From Vitrella brassicaformis CCMP3155 (Eukaryota > Protista > Chromerida): a DNA stretch of 64,000 bases. Every line of letters begins with the position of its first letter. The stretch's first letter is position 1. The stretch is from contig CDMY01000310.1 of NCBI GenBank assembly GCA_001179505.1, forward strand, positions 62,989 through 126,988, in the 5' to 3' direction. Of the stretch, positions 13,671 to 25,722 are shown piece after piece. Below the pieces are notes generated by a model, which saw only the letters and a program-made list of their open reading frames with translations, was not told the DNA's origin and ran no database searches. A program made the translations under genes and the position numbers.

Positions 13671-15351
13671 AAAGGAGACACCGTGCATTGCTGTGCTGTG
13701 TGTGTGGCAGACCATCCCCCCCATACCAGCAGTGAGGTCCATAGGCCAGGGCACATTCACCGTCTCCGCCAGCCGACGCGCGTCGCATACACACCCACAC
13801 TCGCCATCGTCCTCCTGCCCATGCCATACAATGCACCAAAGAGAGGGACACAGAGAGACAGACAGGAGAGGAAAAGATTGCTTTGGTGTGTTTGTGGGGG
13901 GGTCGGTGCATAGCATGCGCACCATGGGCACTGTAATGTGGCAGCAGTTGGACGGCGTCAGCCGGGTGGCGCGGAGCTCCTCTATCCGCCGCAGCCCCTC
14001 GCGAATCAGTGCGTGCTGGCCCCTCAGCCACACTTCGCCCCCCCTCTCGTCGGGTGCCTTCATGCAGTGCAAGGCCGCTCTGATGCCATGGAAGCAAGCG
14101 ATGGAAGGACAGTGGCTTGTGGGTGGGTGCTGGATGTCTCACCTGAAGGCCGTCTCCGCCCTGTCGACCTGGTCGAGGAACACACTCGACGACTTGACCA
14201 TCCCCCTCCCGCCGCTCCTTCCCCCGCCCAGCCCACCCGCCGCACCACTGGTGGTCGGCGTGGCCCGTCCTGACCGATTCGCCTCACCACCTGGTGTGGC
14301 TGTGCCCTGCCCCAGCAGATGGGTGGAGGCCTTGACGAGCCGGCGCACAATAATGTTGCCCATCAGGGTATAGGCGTACACCGTTGCTTTGCGGCCGCTC
14401 AGCCATGACGACTGATGAGAGGGAGAGGTGGGGGTGTGGTGACGCGAGCGGTTGGAGAAGAGGAAGAAGGTCTCCAGGCCTCGCAACGCCGCTTCATCCT
14501 GGTGGATGGCCTGCAGTGCGGACGCCCGGAGAAGGTGCATGGCGGGGTCGGTCCACCGCAGCGATGTCCGCTCGAACAGCCGGTCGATCTCCAGGATGAC
14601 CTTCCTGTGCTCCCCTGCCCCGAGCCACCCCTCCAGCTCCTGAGTTGTCAGGTCGTTGCTGGCCTTTAGGAAGGACAGGAAGCGGCTGAGGGCCTCCCTC
14701 TCCTCCCAAGGTGCACACGCGCCATTAGCATCTCCTGTGAAGGCACCCTGCCTGGCCACATCTCTGCAGGACCGATTGAAGCTCGTCAGCACCCTGGCGC
14801 AGAAGGACGAGTGCGCCACGCAGAAGTGCACCATCGGGGGGGTGATGACGCTCTCGCCCGCCATCGAAAACGCCTTTGTCCATTCCACCACGTTCTCGGC
14901 TGACATGGCGACACTCGAGCTGACTGCATGACATGGAGGGCAAACAAGATGTATGTATCGGCCGTCCATAGTGCTTACTCTTTTTCAATGCAGCGAGGTG
15001 CGCCTCCCTCTCCGTGTGGTGGATGCACACCCGGTACATGATGTGCTTCCACTGCACAGTCAAAGAAACCTGCCGAGCGTCGAGGCCTCTCGCCAGCTGC
15101 CCCAGGGGTGTGTCCTCCCTCTCCATCTGCAGGAGGGCAGCCGCGGGAGCGTTCTCGATGAAGGTGGCCATTTGGCAGGGATGGATGCTGGACCAGGGGA
15201 AGGGGCGCATGGTTGCCGTGGCTTCTGCTGCTGTTGTCGGTGACGGGGAACTCTGGGGAAGGTCATTGGAGAATCTCCGCGTTGTTGCAGTGCCGCCGAG
15301 TTGGTCCGACAGGTGCATGTTGTTTGTTGAAGATCGTGTGTCAGCTGCCAC
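7554..15351 (-). CDS. Very large multi-exon hypothetical protein with a MYND-type zinc finger near the C-terminus
   Basis: Splice phases link the long ORFs 14725-15351, 14139-14969, 13527-14072, 11691-13469, 10960-12150, 9445-10932 and 8645-9433. LCANVPYC..LTCGRCGQVSYCSIDCREAH at about 8680-8800 is MYND-like. Start codon and the last exons (7554-8664) are uncertain. Confidence 0.6.
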
Positions 15352-15618
15352 AGTCAGTGCGCTCGAATGAGGCCAGACCCTCAGCTTTAGGTGATCATGA
15401 TGGCTTATAGCTGCACGATGTTCAAACTTGTCGCTCGGTGCTCGTGCAGTGCATTGGCAGTGCGGGACCCCCAGGAGCCCCCATGTGACGCAAGCTCGAA
15501 ATCGGCTGGATCTTCAGAGCTGCTTGTAGCACTGCACGACCTGGTGTGAACACACAAGCTGCCTTGCAGTGATGAATAGAGTGGAAACACTCAAACGATC
15601 CCTGCCTCGAGTGCGAGC

Positions 15619-17425
15619 TTGGACACTTCACCACGAGGTATCCCCTTAGTGATGCATTCCCACCATTCTGGCCATAGTTATCGTGGCGGTCGTTACTTCG
15701 ACGAGCGTGAGAGGCGTGAGAGGCACCGCGACGCCGACAAAGACCTGCAGCGCGGCAGTTGGCGGCACAGCAGGCGTGACGGCGACTACCAGGAGGGGCC
15801 GCAGAGGATACACAACCCCTCACAGAGAGGTCAGGTGCCTGCCAACACAACACAAGGGAGGGTGCTGTGCCAGAGCAGACCCTGTGTGGATTGGATGTGT
15901 GTGTTGCCGTGACGTCCGTGTCTGTCATCAGTTGAGACAGATCCCGCCCGTCTGAAGGCGCGGCGGCGGCAGATAGAGATCGGCAAGAACACCAATGGGT
16001 ACGAGAGGTACCGTGCGGCGGTGCCCAAGGACAAGAGGGACCCCACCAAGTCCTTCTCCGTACACCCCGTCACACCATCCATCCACGAGGTGAGCTGGGC
16101 AGGGCAGTGTGTGACTGACACGCAGACAGGAAGGGCCTCGTTTCCACAGACACCACGGCTACTCTCTGTGTGTGTGTGTGTATGTGTGTGGAGGAGGCGA
16201 GCAAGCGTGGGTTTGATGGCCGCATTCGCGCTTGGAGGCGGCTGCTGCACCAGTGGGATGACGTAAGCAAGCAATCATGACCAACCAAGCAACCACACAC
16301 ACACAATGAGACCTTGGCCATCCGCCTCTCTGTCTAACTGTCTGTGTGTGCGTCAGGACGCCAAGCCTTTCCCCAGTGGGTCGCCCAAGGACTCCAACCG
16401 CCCCTCTCCCGCACCCTCCCCCTCCCCACCCCCCACACCCACACCACCAGAAGCCCACCAGCAGCAGCAGCCAGCGATGGACGACCAGCGGTCTCGGCCC
16501 GCTGCTGCAGACAGGGGCGGCAAGGCTGGTGTGGATAGCTTCGACTTTGAGAGGGGGTGCCGATCGCTGAGGGAGGCCATTGGGGAGGCCTGGAAGAGTC
16601 GGAACTCGTTGACAGAGGTCGACTACCCGCTGCCAATGATAACGGTAACAGCTAAACCAGACGGACAGACACTCACGCAGCCACTATCTCTCTCTCTCTC
16701 TCTCAGCAAGTGGAGGGCTCGCCGTCTACCAGTGAGATGCTGGTGCTGCCGCCCCCCGCGTGTGAGTCGTCTGTGCCCATCCGGTGGGTGGCTGACATCC
16801 CGGTGCAGCCTGTTGTGTTCATCCCGGTGGAGTATCGAGACTCGAGCGGCAAATCATTCCTCACCACGTACGTATGTGCGTATGTTCCTCTGAACCACAC
16901 ACACACACACACACACAGTGTTTTGCTTTGCTCCATTGATGTCTGTGGGTGTGTGGGGTGTGTGTTCAGTAAGCGTCACGTGAAGGTGACGGACTTCCAG
17001 AAAGCTCTGCAGGACCACAAGCAGACCATAGGTGCCCTGCACGCCCACCACTCAACACACACACGTGTGTATCTTCCCTCCCTCTCTCTCTCCCTCGCCA
17101 TGCTATGCCATTCCATGCAGATCGCTTCCACGATCTGATGGAAGGCCCCTCCCTCCTCAACGGCTACAAACGACTATCACAGCACACCCCCACCCCTGAC
17201 GACCGCTTCACGGCCAGCAAGCGGCGCAAGCTGGAGAGTGACGAGAAGCAGCGGCTCAAGGAGGAGCAGGAGGCAGCCGCACTGCCCACCACTCTGACAG
17301 TGTATGTGAGCGATGGGCTTGGGGGTGGTGGTGGTGGTGGTGGGCGTGACGGAGGGGGGCTGACGCTCGTCAGTGCGACGAGGGGGAAGGAGGGGAAGAA
17401 ACAGCTGAGGCGGAAGCGCTTCTGA
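15619..17425 (+). CDS. SLBP: Histone mRNA stem-loop binding protein (SLBP-like), multi-exon
   Basis: Exons at about 15934-16089 and 16190-16261 give ETDPARLKARRRQIEIGKNTNGYERYRAAVPKDKRDP..HPVTPSIHE/EASKRGFDGRIRAWRRLLHQWD. This aligns by eye with the SLBP RNA-binding domain (ETD..L.RRQKQI.YGKNT..Y..Y...VP...R....HP.TP...S.R.WD..I..W...LH.WD). Confidence 0.88.
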
Positions 17426-17459
17426 GAGTTTGTCTGGTCTTCCTGTCTGGAAGAGTCTG

Positions 17460-18360
17460 ACGTTGATGTGGTGTGTTCTCTTTCGTCTTGCCACCCATCT
17501 GCATCTGCTCCAGTCAACGTGTACACACCGCACGTTGGCTGGCCCTGGTGGAGATGGCGAGCAAGACGGGAGAGAACACACCAACGGTCCGTCCGTGGCA
17601 CGCATTCATGATGGATGGAACAAACAAACAAATGCTGTCCGAACCAAACACTGTCTGGGAGGGTGGGGGTGGGGGGATGGAAAGTGCTGTGTATGTGAGT
17701 GAGTGTCTTTGTCTGATGTGGTGTGTTCTCTTTCGTCTTCGGTCCGTCCTCGCTCAGCTCCAGGCAACACGCGTACACTGCATGTTGGCTGGCACTGATG
17801 GGGGAGGGACTAAGGACGAGAGAGGGCGCACCAAAGGGTGGCACCTGCTNNNNNNNNNNNNNNNNNNNNNNNNNNNNNNNNNNNNNNNNNNNNNNNNNNN
17901 NNNNNNNNNNNNNNNNNNNNNNNNNNNNNNNNNNNNNNNNNNNNNNNNNNNNNNNNNNNNNNNNNNNNNNNNNNNNNNNNNNNNNNNNNNNNNNNNNNNN
18001 NNNNNNNNNNNNNNNNNNNNNNNNNNNNNNNNNNNNNNNNNNNNNNNNNNNNNNNNNNNNNNNNNNNNNNNNNNNNNNNNNNNNNNNNNNNNNNNNNNNN
18101 NNNNNNNNNNNNNNNNNNNNNNNNNNNNNNNNNNNNNNNNNNNNNNNNNTGGGAGGGTGTGTGTGGAGGAAGTGTGTATAGTCGAATGAGTTGTCTGGAA
18201 GAGCGTACAACGTGTTTCTGTGTTCATGAGCGCCTTCGTCTGATGCGCGACGCTGCACATGGACAGTTCATCATGGTGTGTCTTCTCCCGTATTGTTGAG
18301 CAGTTCGAACAGGCCCAGGCAACATGCAGTGGTCGCACGTTGCCTGGATCTGATCGAGCT
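17460..18360. repeat. Degenerate direct repeat (about 250 bp unit) flanking an assembly gap
   Basis: tgatgtggtgtgttctctttcgtctt..ctccag..caac..cacg/catgttggctggc at about 17464 and 17714, with a weaker copy at about 18271. Confidence 0.55.
17850..18149. other. Assembly gap (300 N)
   Basis: Run of N. Confidence 1.
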
Positions 18361-18564
18361 GGCCTATGATACGGGAGAAGACACACATAGCAACCAACAC
18401 ACGGACCGATTAAATGAACACTCTCTCAAAAAAATCATTACCACAAACCAAAATACCAAAGGAGACCGTAGACGCAAAGCAGCCTGACCGGAAAGCCCGC
18501 GACCGACCATCCTACGCGATGTGATGCGATCCATTGCTACGCCCCCTTGCCCTCCGCAATGGCA

Positions 18565-19547
18565 CTATTTATTGTGACTCTCTATCCACTCGACCGCTTT
18601 GGCGAAGTTGTCCACCACAGCTGTCGGCTGGGGATCGAGCTTCGCCTCATCTCCGGCACGATACTTGCCAGTCTGCACACAGACAGGACAGCTCACTCAG
18701 GCAGAATGATGCAACCAACATATGCGCTCAACAAGACAGACGCCCACCTTGACGAGAATGCCTCGAAGCCCGCATGCAACCGCCCCCTGCACGTCGTCCG
18801 TCGCATCTGATGGATGGATATGACACAACCAACACAACGAGCGCCCGCATCCATGCGTGTGTGAATCTTTCCTCCGTCCTTCCGTCCCGCACTCACTGAC
18901 TCACCATCTCCGATCATGACGACGCTCTCCTCCCCAATGCCATCGCCCAGCGTCCGCATGGCCCCCCGAAAAAACCCCGCACTCGGCTTCCCCACCACCT
19001 CGGCCGTCAGCCCAGTGGCATACTCCAACGCACACGCAAACGGGCCCACACTCATGGCCAGGCCGTCGGATCTCATGAAGTAACGGCTCTTGTGGATCGC
19101 CACCAGGGTGGGGGGGATGCCCGGGGAGGGGGTCAGGAGGAGCCGCATCGCCTTGGTCATGGTGTCGTAGTTGAAAGAGTCTGGTGCTAGGCCCACCACC
19201 ACGCACGGATCATGCTCCTCCTCCTCGCCACCTTGTCCATCGACCACACACGCCCCAGCCTCCCGGAAGTCCTCTTTGGCGCTCTCAGAGAGCATTAGGA
19301 AGGGCCGCTCCACGCCCCTCTCCTTGATGAGCCGCACAGCAGCCGACAGCGACGAGAAGATCTCCGATGAGTCGATGTCGAAGCCGATCGCCTTGAGCCT
19401 TGCCATGAGCTGCCGCTGGCTCTCCTTGGTCGTGTTGGTCACGAACCGGACTCCCTTGACGAGCGAACGAAGCTTCGTCAGTGCTGCAATGGCGTCGGGC
19501 GTCGGCTCACTCTCAATGTGCAGCGTGCCGCTGAAAACGAAAAACAG

Positions 19548-19581
<34 letters not shown>

Positions 19582-19896
19582 GAGGCATCGCATATTGATG
19601 ACTTTGTGAGCACCAGGGCTGCCGCGTGTGCCCGTGCTCGCCCACCTGAGGTCGACCAATGCGTATTCGATGGGCTTTTCGCCCACTGCAGACGACGTCG
19701 ACATGCTAGTGGTCTGGCCGGTCCCAGGCCGGTGTTGATGGTAGTGGCGGCGATAACGCAGAGATGCAGATCTTCGAGGCGCCTTCAGGCCACAGGAGCT
19801 GCAGAAAGCCGACAGGGCCACTGTGGGTGAGGGACGGTGACCGCCGATGGAGCGTGCGAGGATGAATGCAGCTGCAAGCAGAGATCCTTGAAGCAT
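18565..19896 (-). CDS. HAD IIA hydrolase, HDHD2/LHPP-like, with N-terminal extension
   Basis: Motif I VDLSGT split by an intron, FVTNTTKES, IHKSRYF..DGLAMSVGPF..ALEYATG, VVGKPS, MIGD/ATDDVQGA, ILVKTGKYRAGDE. Stop at 18565-18567. Confidence 0.92.
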
Positions 19897-20229
19897 TGGC
19901 CGACCTGTGAAGCCTTGCCTTCTCAGTCAAACGCACGAAAACCAAGACTGCGCATATGTTCGCATAGCTCGCGGAGTGGGCTCGCGATCGGGAGGGAAGG
20001 GAGAGCATCTGCCGCATGTGAGAGCCTCCCTCGGTCAACAGCAGCGTCATCCGGCAGCGAGATCCGCTGATCATCTGGTCATCACGAGAAAAGCTGCAGA
20101 AGGCGGAGCCACAATCGTTTGTGAGCCGCTCTCAGCAGACAGACAGCTGCATTGCATTCGATTCGTCCGTTCGTCATCCGGCAGACCTAAATAGGCAGAC
20201 AGATCCGGCAGAGCGAGATCGGCGCATCG

Positions 20230-21647
20230 ATGCCGCTGTGGCTGCTATCGCTGATTCTGCTCATCGCGTTGGCCTTGTGGCTGCTGCCCGGCATCATCTT
20301 CGTCAGGCGTGACCAATGGGCCATATGGCGTGTGCCGTGCAAGCGGCGGATGCAGACGGCCGCCGTGGCCACGCTGTATGGGTGTTTCGCGCTGCCGGTG
20401 CTGTTTATCGGCGTGGCGGCTCTGTATCGGGTCAACTGGTGGTGGATTGTGCCGTATGTGGTGTATCTGCTGAGCGATCGGAGGTCGACCTACGGCAACT
20501 GGCGGTCTCACTGGTTCAGATCTCTCTCCTGGTGGAAACACTGCCGAGTGAGCGTTGTGCATGCTTGAAGGCCTCCTGCAGGGAGGATCCGAGTCTCTCT
20601 CTCTCTCTCTCTAATGGGATCAGGATTATTGGCCGGTAGAGTTGAAGCGGCAGGATCCTTCTGTGCCTCTGAAGAAGGACCGGCCGTATCTGGTGGGTGT
20701 CCATCCGCACGGCCCTTTGCTGCCCATATCGATGGTCAACTTCTTCACCGAGGCCACACACATCACTGACGTCTTCCAGGGCACCCGCATCTCACCCACG
20801 ACCCTCAACGCCATCTTCATGCTCCCCGTCTTCAGAGAAATTGTCCTTCTCTGCGGCGCCGTAAGCGAGCCAAGCAATCGCGTGTGTCACACACACAGAG
20901 AGAGAATGAACCCTGCCCTCTCCTCTCTCTCTCTCTGTGTGTGTGTGTGTGGTTGGTTCTAGGTATCTGTGGCGCAGAAGTGCATCGAGTCTGTGTTGAG
21001 GAAAGGCGGCGGGCACGGTGTGTCTATCTATGTGGGCGGTGCGCGTGAGGCGAGTCAGACAAGCGACAGGTACACTGTGCTGGTGTACCGGCGGAAGGGC
21101 TTCTTTCGATTAGCGCTGCGATACGGCGTCTACCTCTTCCCGGCATTCACTTTCGGAGAAAACTATATCTACAGGTAGGGACTTGTCTGTCTCTGTGCCT
21201 GCCTTCCTGCCGATGCCTGTGTGTGTGTGTGTGTGTGTGCAGGTATAGGACACCCAAGACCGGCACAATGTACTACCGAATCAATGGTCAGTCCCCCCAG
21301 TAGTCAGTCCCACACCACAGACGTCATTCTTTGACCTCCTCCAAATGCCCGTGTGCATTGGATGGACTGTGTGGTACATAGAGCTGGCAATGAGGTGGGT
21401 GGGGTACGCGGTGCCCTTTCTGGTGGGCCGGGGGATCTTCCAAAAGTCCTTCGGCCTCCTGCCGCAGCGGCACCGACTGGTGACCATCATTGGCAACCCC
21501 ATCGAGTGCCCGCAGACTGACAACCCCACTGAGGAGCAAATCAAGCACTACCAGGACCTCTATGTGGCGGGGCTCAAACAGGTCTTCGAGCAATTCAAAG
21601 ACAGCTACGACCCGGAGGGCAAAGCCAAGGAGCTGGCAGTCGGATAG
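20230..21647 (+). CDS. DGAT2: Diacylglycerol/monoacylglycerol acyltransferase, DGAT2 family
   Basis: N-terminal hydrophobic segments, GVHPHG, VGGAREA, RKGFFRLALRYG..LFPAFTFGEN, LLPQRHRLVTIIGNPI, and a C-terminal QIKHYQDLY. Confidence 0.92.
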
Positions 21648-22159
21648 CACCACCGTCGAGAGATCGAGAGAGCGCCTCCCTCAGACAGGGGTTTTGGTGG
21701 GTGGGGGGAGGGGGGGTGCGGTGGTTTTGACGGAGAGATTGATTGAGGGACTCAGTGAGCGCTTTATGGCGTGAGTCTTTTTGGTTTGTGAGCGGCTGGC
21801 TGCATTTGGTGTTGCCCTGTGTGTGTGGGGGAGGGGAGGGGAGGATCTGATGGGCAGACGACCATATCTATCTAAGCAGAAGGCGCCTCCTCATCTGTGT
21901 GAACAATGTTAGCGTGCATTGCAAGCACCCGGTCAGTCCACGCACATCATCACATGGTGGGTCTGACGACATCAGGCAGGCTATGGTACAATGGTGGATA
22001 CACATCCCTTCCCACTCCTCTCCTGCGCCACCACATGCTAGCAAACCAAACTGACCTATCTTATCTGGCACACACAGCTGCGTCTGACTCGTCATGCACC
22101 ATCCCATCCCTGCACGCAGCAACCCTTCAATCCATCCACAAATCTGTCTGCCCGCCCCC

Positions 22160-22585
22160 TCAAGCCACAAGTCGCTTCCTCAGCTGCTTCACTTCGGCAT
22201 CGGCCCGTTCCACTCTTGCCACCTTCTCCTTAACCGTCGTGCTGTTGTCGCTGAGAATCTCCTCCCTCATGTGATCCCAGGCGCCCTCGTCCAGCTCAGC
22301 TATCAGCCGCACCACGCCCTTCAGTCGCTTCAGCTCGGCTTTGTCCGCCACATCATGGGTCTTGATGGTGTCGATCTCCTTCCCGAGCAAAAACGCTTCG
22401 CGTGAGGTTCCGATGAAGCATCCAAACAGGATGGCCCACAAGAAGACCACGAGGCAGACGGCCCCACAAGCGCACGGCATGATGGCGTAATCAATCTCCG
22501 CTACCCTGGTCTTGAGAGTCTGCAGCTCCGCATGGGTGTCAGCCGGCGGGGCGGTCGGGGCCGAAAGCTCTTGGTACGCACCCAT
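22160..22585 (-). CDS. Small single-exon hypothetical protein with one hydrophobic segment and coiled-coil character
   Basis: ORF MGAYQEL..CACGAVCLVVFLWAILFGCFIG..EVKQLRKRLVA*, free of microsatellites. Confidence 0.5.
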   Translation of the reverse strand: MGAYQELSAPTAPPADTHAELQTLKTRVAEIDYAIMPCACGAVCLVVFLWAILFGCFIGTSREAFLLGKEIDTIKTHDVADKAELKRLKGVVRLIAELDEGAWDHMREEILSDNSTTVKEKVARVERADAEVKQLRKRLVA

Positions 22586-22791
22586 CGAACGATGATCTCT
22601 CTTGATCTCTCTCACTGGGGCACCTGCACCGCTGGGAACATGGCAATGATGAGAGATTTAGCGAGAGAGGTTTGAGGTTTGGCTGTCGCTGCAGCAATGC
22701 AGATCTCTCAGCGCTCGGCTCTCACCTTTCCTTCTCCTTTCCCCGATCCGCTTTTGCGAGCTTAAAGGTGCAGTATGATTGGGATCTGTCA

Positions 22792-23739
22792 ATGAAGCTG
22801 GGCGTGATGGCATCTGCTCTCTTCGGCTATCTTCCCTCAACGATGACCTTCACCCTTGTTGCTGTGATCATCCTGCTGCTGCTGTCGGCAGCTGCAGCTG
22901 CTTTCGTTGCGTCAAGTCCATCAGCTGGCAATGGCATGCTCTTCGGCAGCAACGTGGGTGCGAACAGGAGGAGGGCATGTGATTCATCGCTGCTGCACCG
23001 GCTTCAATTGCGGGCTGCACAAGTGCGGGCGCATGCGAATGAGGGAGAAGAGCTGAGCGGCGCGCCTGGCCAGCCACCGTCAACTGTCATAGTGGGTGAG
23101 AAGATCAGCACACCGAAACACAAACCGATGTATGTGTTTGCCTCTTTCTCTGTGTGTGGTTAGGTGGTGGTCCGGCGGGCTACGCGACGGCCATCATGCT
23201 TGCGAGGAGGGGGTGGGCCAACATCACGGTGCTCGAGAGGCGGCCCCCGCTCCCACCGCCCAACTCGGACAGCTGGGGCGACCCCGACCGGTCCTACAAC
23301 ATGGGCATCAACGGCCGGGGGCAGCGGCTGCTCAAAGACATACAGTGCATCGACGTGAGTGAGCCCGCGAGCGAAATGCCCTGGGCACTCGCTCAGTATG
23401 TGTGTGTGTGTTGGGTGTGTGTGCACACAGCGGCTGTATCGGTACTCGGTGCCTGTGCGTGGTCGCTTCACCTGGTCGGAGGGCAACAAGACGGCGCTGA
23501 GGATATTCACCGACCGGACGGCCACTTCGAGAATCATTCAGGTGCGGGTGGGTGTGGTTGTGGGTGTGAATGGGCACACGCGTGAGTGTGTGTGTGGTGT
23601 GTGGTGTGTGGTGTGTGGATGGGCAGAGGGACCGGTTGGCTTCGCTGCTCTATGAGGAGATCACCGACAAGTACCCACAGCAGATACAGTGAGTGAATGA
23701 GTGAGACCCACACACACTGACCTGACAGACACACATGGA

Positions 23740-23770
<31 letters not shown>

Positions 23771-24411
23771 TCAACAAGGGTGGCCTTCAACACCACCTGC
23801 ACGAACCTCGAGGCAGCCAATGACGGCCGTCTGCTCGTCCAGGTCAACAACAGCACCGCCACACACATCCACACACATTTCGGTACACAACAGCCTCCTC
23901 CCTCCCTCCCTCCCTCCCTCCTCCCCCCCCCCCCCCCCCACACACCCCACTGCAGTGCACCTTTCCCTCCCATCTCTCTCTGGCTCTCTGTGTCTCTCTG
24001 TGTGTGCGTATGGCGTGACAGTGGTGGGTGCGGACGGGGCCCGGTCGTTTGTGCGTGACGGTCTGGGGTTCAGTGCCGTCAGGTTCCCCGAGAGCAACAC
24101 GCGTGTGTACAAGATCATGCCGCTCAAGCTGCCCAAGGACATGAGAATGGACCTCGACTACATCGCTGGACGACCGGTGGGTGCCATTCCACACACACAC
24201 ACACACAGACAGAGAGAGAGAGAGAGGGGGGGGGAGGGGGGTTACACCAAAGTGTTGTGTCGATTAGGATGGTGTGGCGCTGGACGCCCTCCCCACTCCC
24301 GAGGGCAATATGATCGGCGTCGTCCTCTTCAGGCCGGAGGACACACAAGTGGCCTCCCTAAACACCGGTACTCATACAGCACACGTGTGTGCGCCACGCA
24401 TCTCTCTGGCC

Positions 24412-24447
<36 letters not shown>

Positions 24448-25424
24448 CTGTGTGTGTGTGTGTGCAGCTGAATCGGTGCGGCGGTATGTCCGTGAGAGGT
24501 TCGCCGCCGTGGTGCCTTACATAGAGGAAGAGCAATACGCCCTCTTCGCGAAGCGGAAGACGTGTAGGTTTGACGCACACACTGAAGGCGTGTACACCCA
24601 CCTCCACCTCCACACACACTGACACACAGACACACACACACACACACAGAGAGAGAGAGAAGGCGCACCATCTATCCATCCATCCATCCGTGTGTGTGTG
24701 TGGCTGCATGGCATGCAGGCTCTCTCCCCAGCTTTTCCTACGCAGCCGGCCCTCTGCACAGAACCGACCCTGCTCCAGTGGTCTTGCTAGGTGACGCCAT
24801 CCACTGCGTCAAGCCTTATTTCGGCCAGGTGTGTGTGTTGACGCGCACCGACACCTTTGACGTGCCATGCATGTGTGTGACCCACAGGGTGTAAACAGTG
24901 CCTTTGAGGATGTCGAGGTGCTGCAGCGATGTCTGCAGGAGTGGTCGGTGGGCACCACACACACACACACAGACAGACAGACAGGGGAGGGAGGGAGGGA
25001 GGGAAGGGTCGCTCTCATGTGTGCGTGTGGGGGTGAGTGGCTGGTTGGTGCAGTGGCGATGATCTGCGTAGGGCCCTCCCTCTGTACACTAAGCGAAGGG
25101 CGCCGCAGGCCAAGGCACTTGTGGAGCTTTCCAGGTCTCACACACACACACACACACAGACACAGAGAGAGAGAGAGAGAGAGGCAGAGGGACACACACA
25201 AACAGTCACGTGTGTATCGTCCCGCGTGTGTGTGTGCAGGTCGTTCGACAAGGACCCGAGGAGCCCATCAGGTTTCCTGCTGTTCGTCCTGCCTCTGATC
25301 CTCGACGGCATCTTCCACAACCTGATGCCCCGGCTCTTCGCCACCAACCCCATCGCACTCATGCAAAACGACGGTCAGTCTGCCCTGCCTGTTGGCATCA
25401 CACCATCACACATCTCACATGCCC

Positions 25425-25465
<41 letters not shown>

Positions 25466-25616
25466 TGTGTGCGGCGTAGATCTGACTTTTACGGGCATTC
25501 GACGGCGGAAGAGGCTAGACAGGCTGGGGCAAGTGGCACTGATGGCAGCTGTGGTCACGGCAGTCGGCAGGACAATCACACTAGGCCTCAAGACACTACT
25601 CTTCATGACCGCTTAA
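22792..25616 (+). CDS. FAD-dependent monooxygenase, kynurenine 3-monooxygenase-like, with bipartite signal+transit leader
   Basis: VIVGGGPAGYATAIMLARRG..TVLERR, DRSYNMGINGRG, VVGADGARSFVR, VLLGDAIHCVKPYFGQ/GVNSAFEDV (GD motif and PxxGQGxNxxFED of the KMO family). Leader LVAVIILLLLSAAAAA-F. Confidence 0.88.
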
Positions 25617-25722
25617 TTACACTAATGGCCAGGCCTTGTGGACATTGTCTCTGTGTCTCTATGTGACGGATCGACCCAAGTCATGGTCATCAGGATATCG
25701 TGACGGAGGAGGCATCCATCAT

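Noticed and set aside
17164-18386. Long ORFs crossing the N runs (also at 46880-47725 and 57734-58456)
   Set aside because: Artefacts of gaps translated as X; no coding evidence.
22792-25616. Assigning the gene symbol KMO or ZEP
   Set aside because: Family motifs are clear, but substrate and orthology cannot be determined without a phylogeny.
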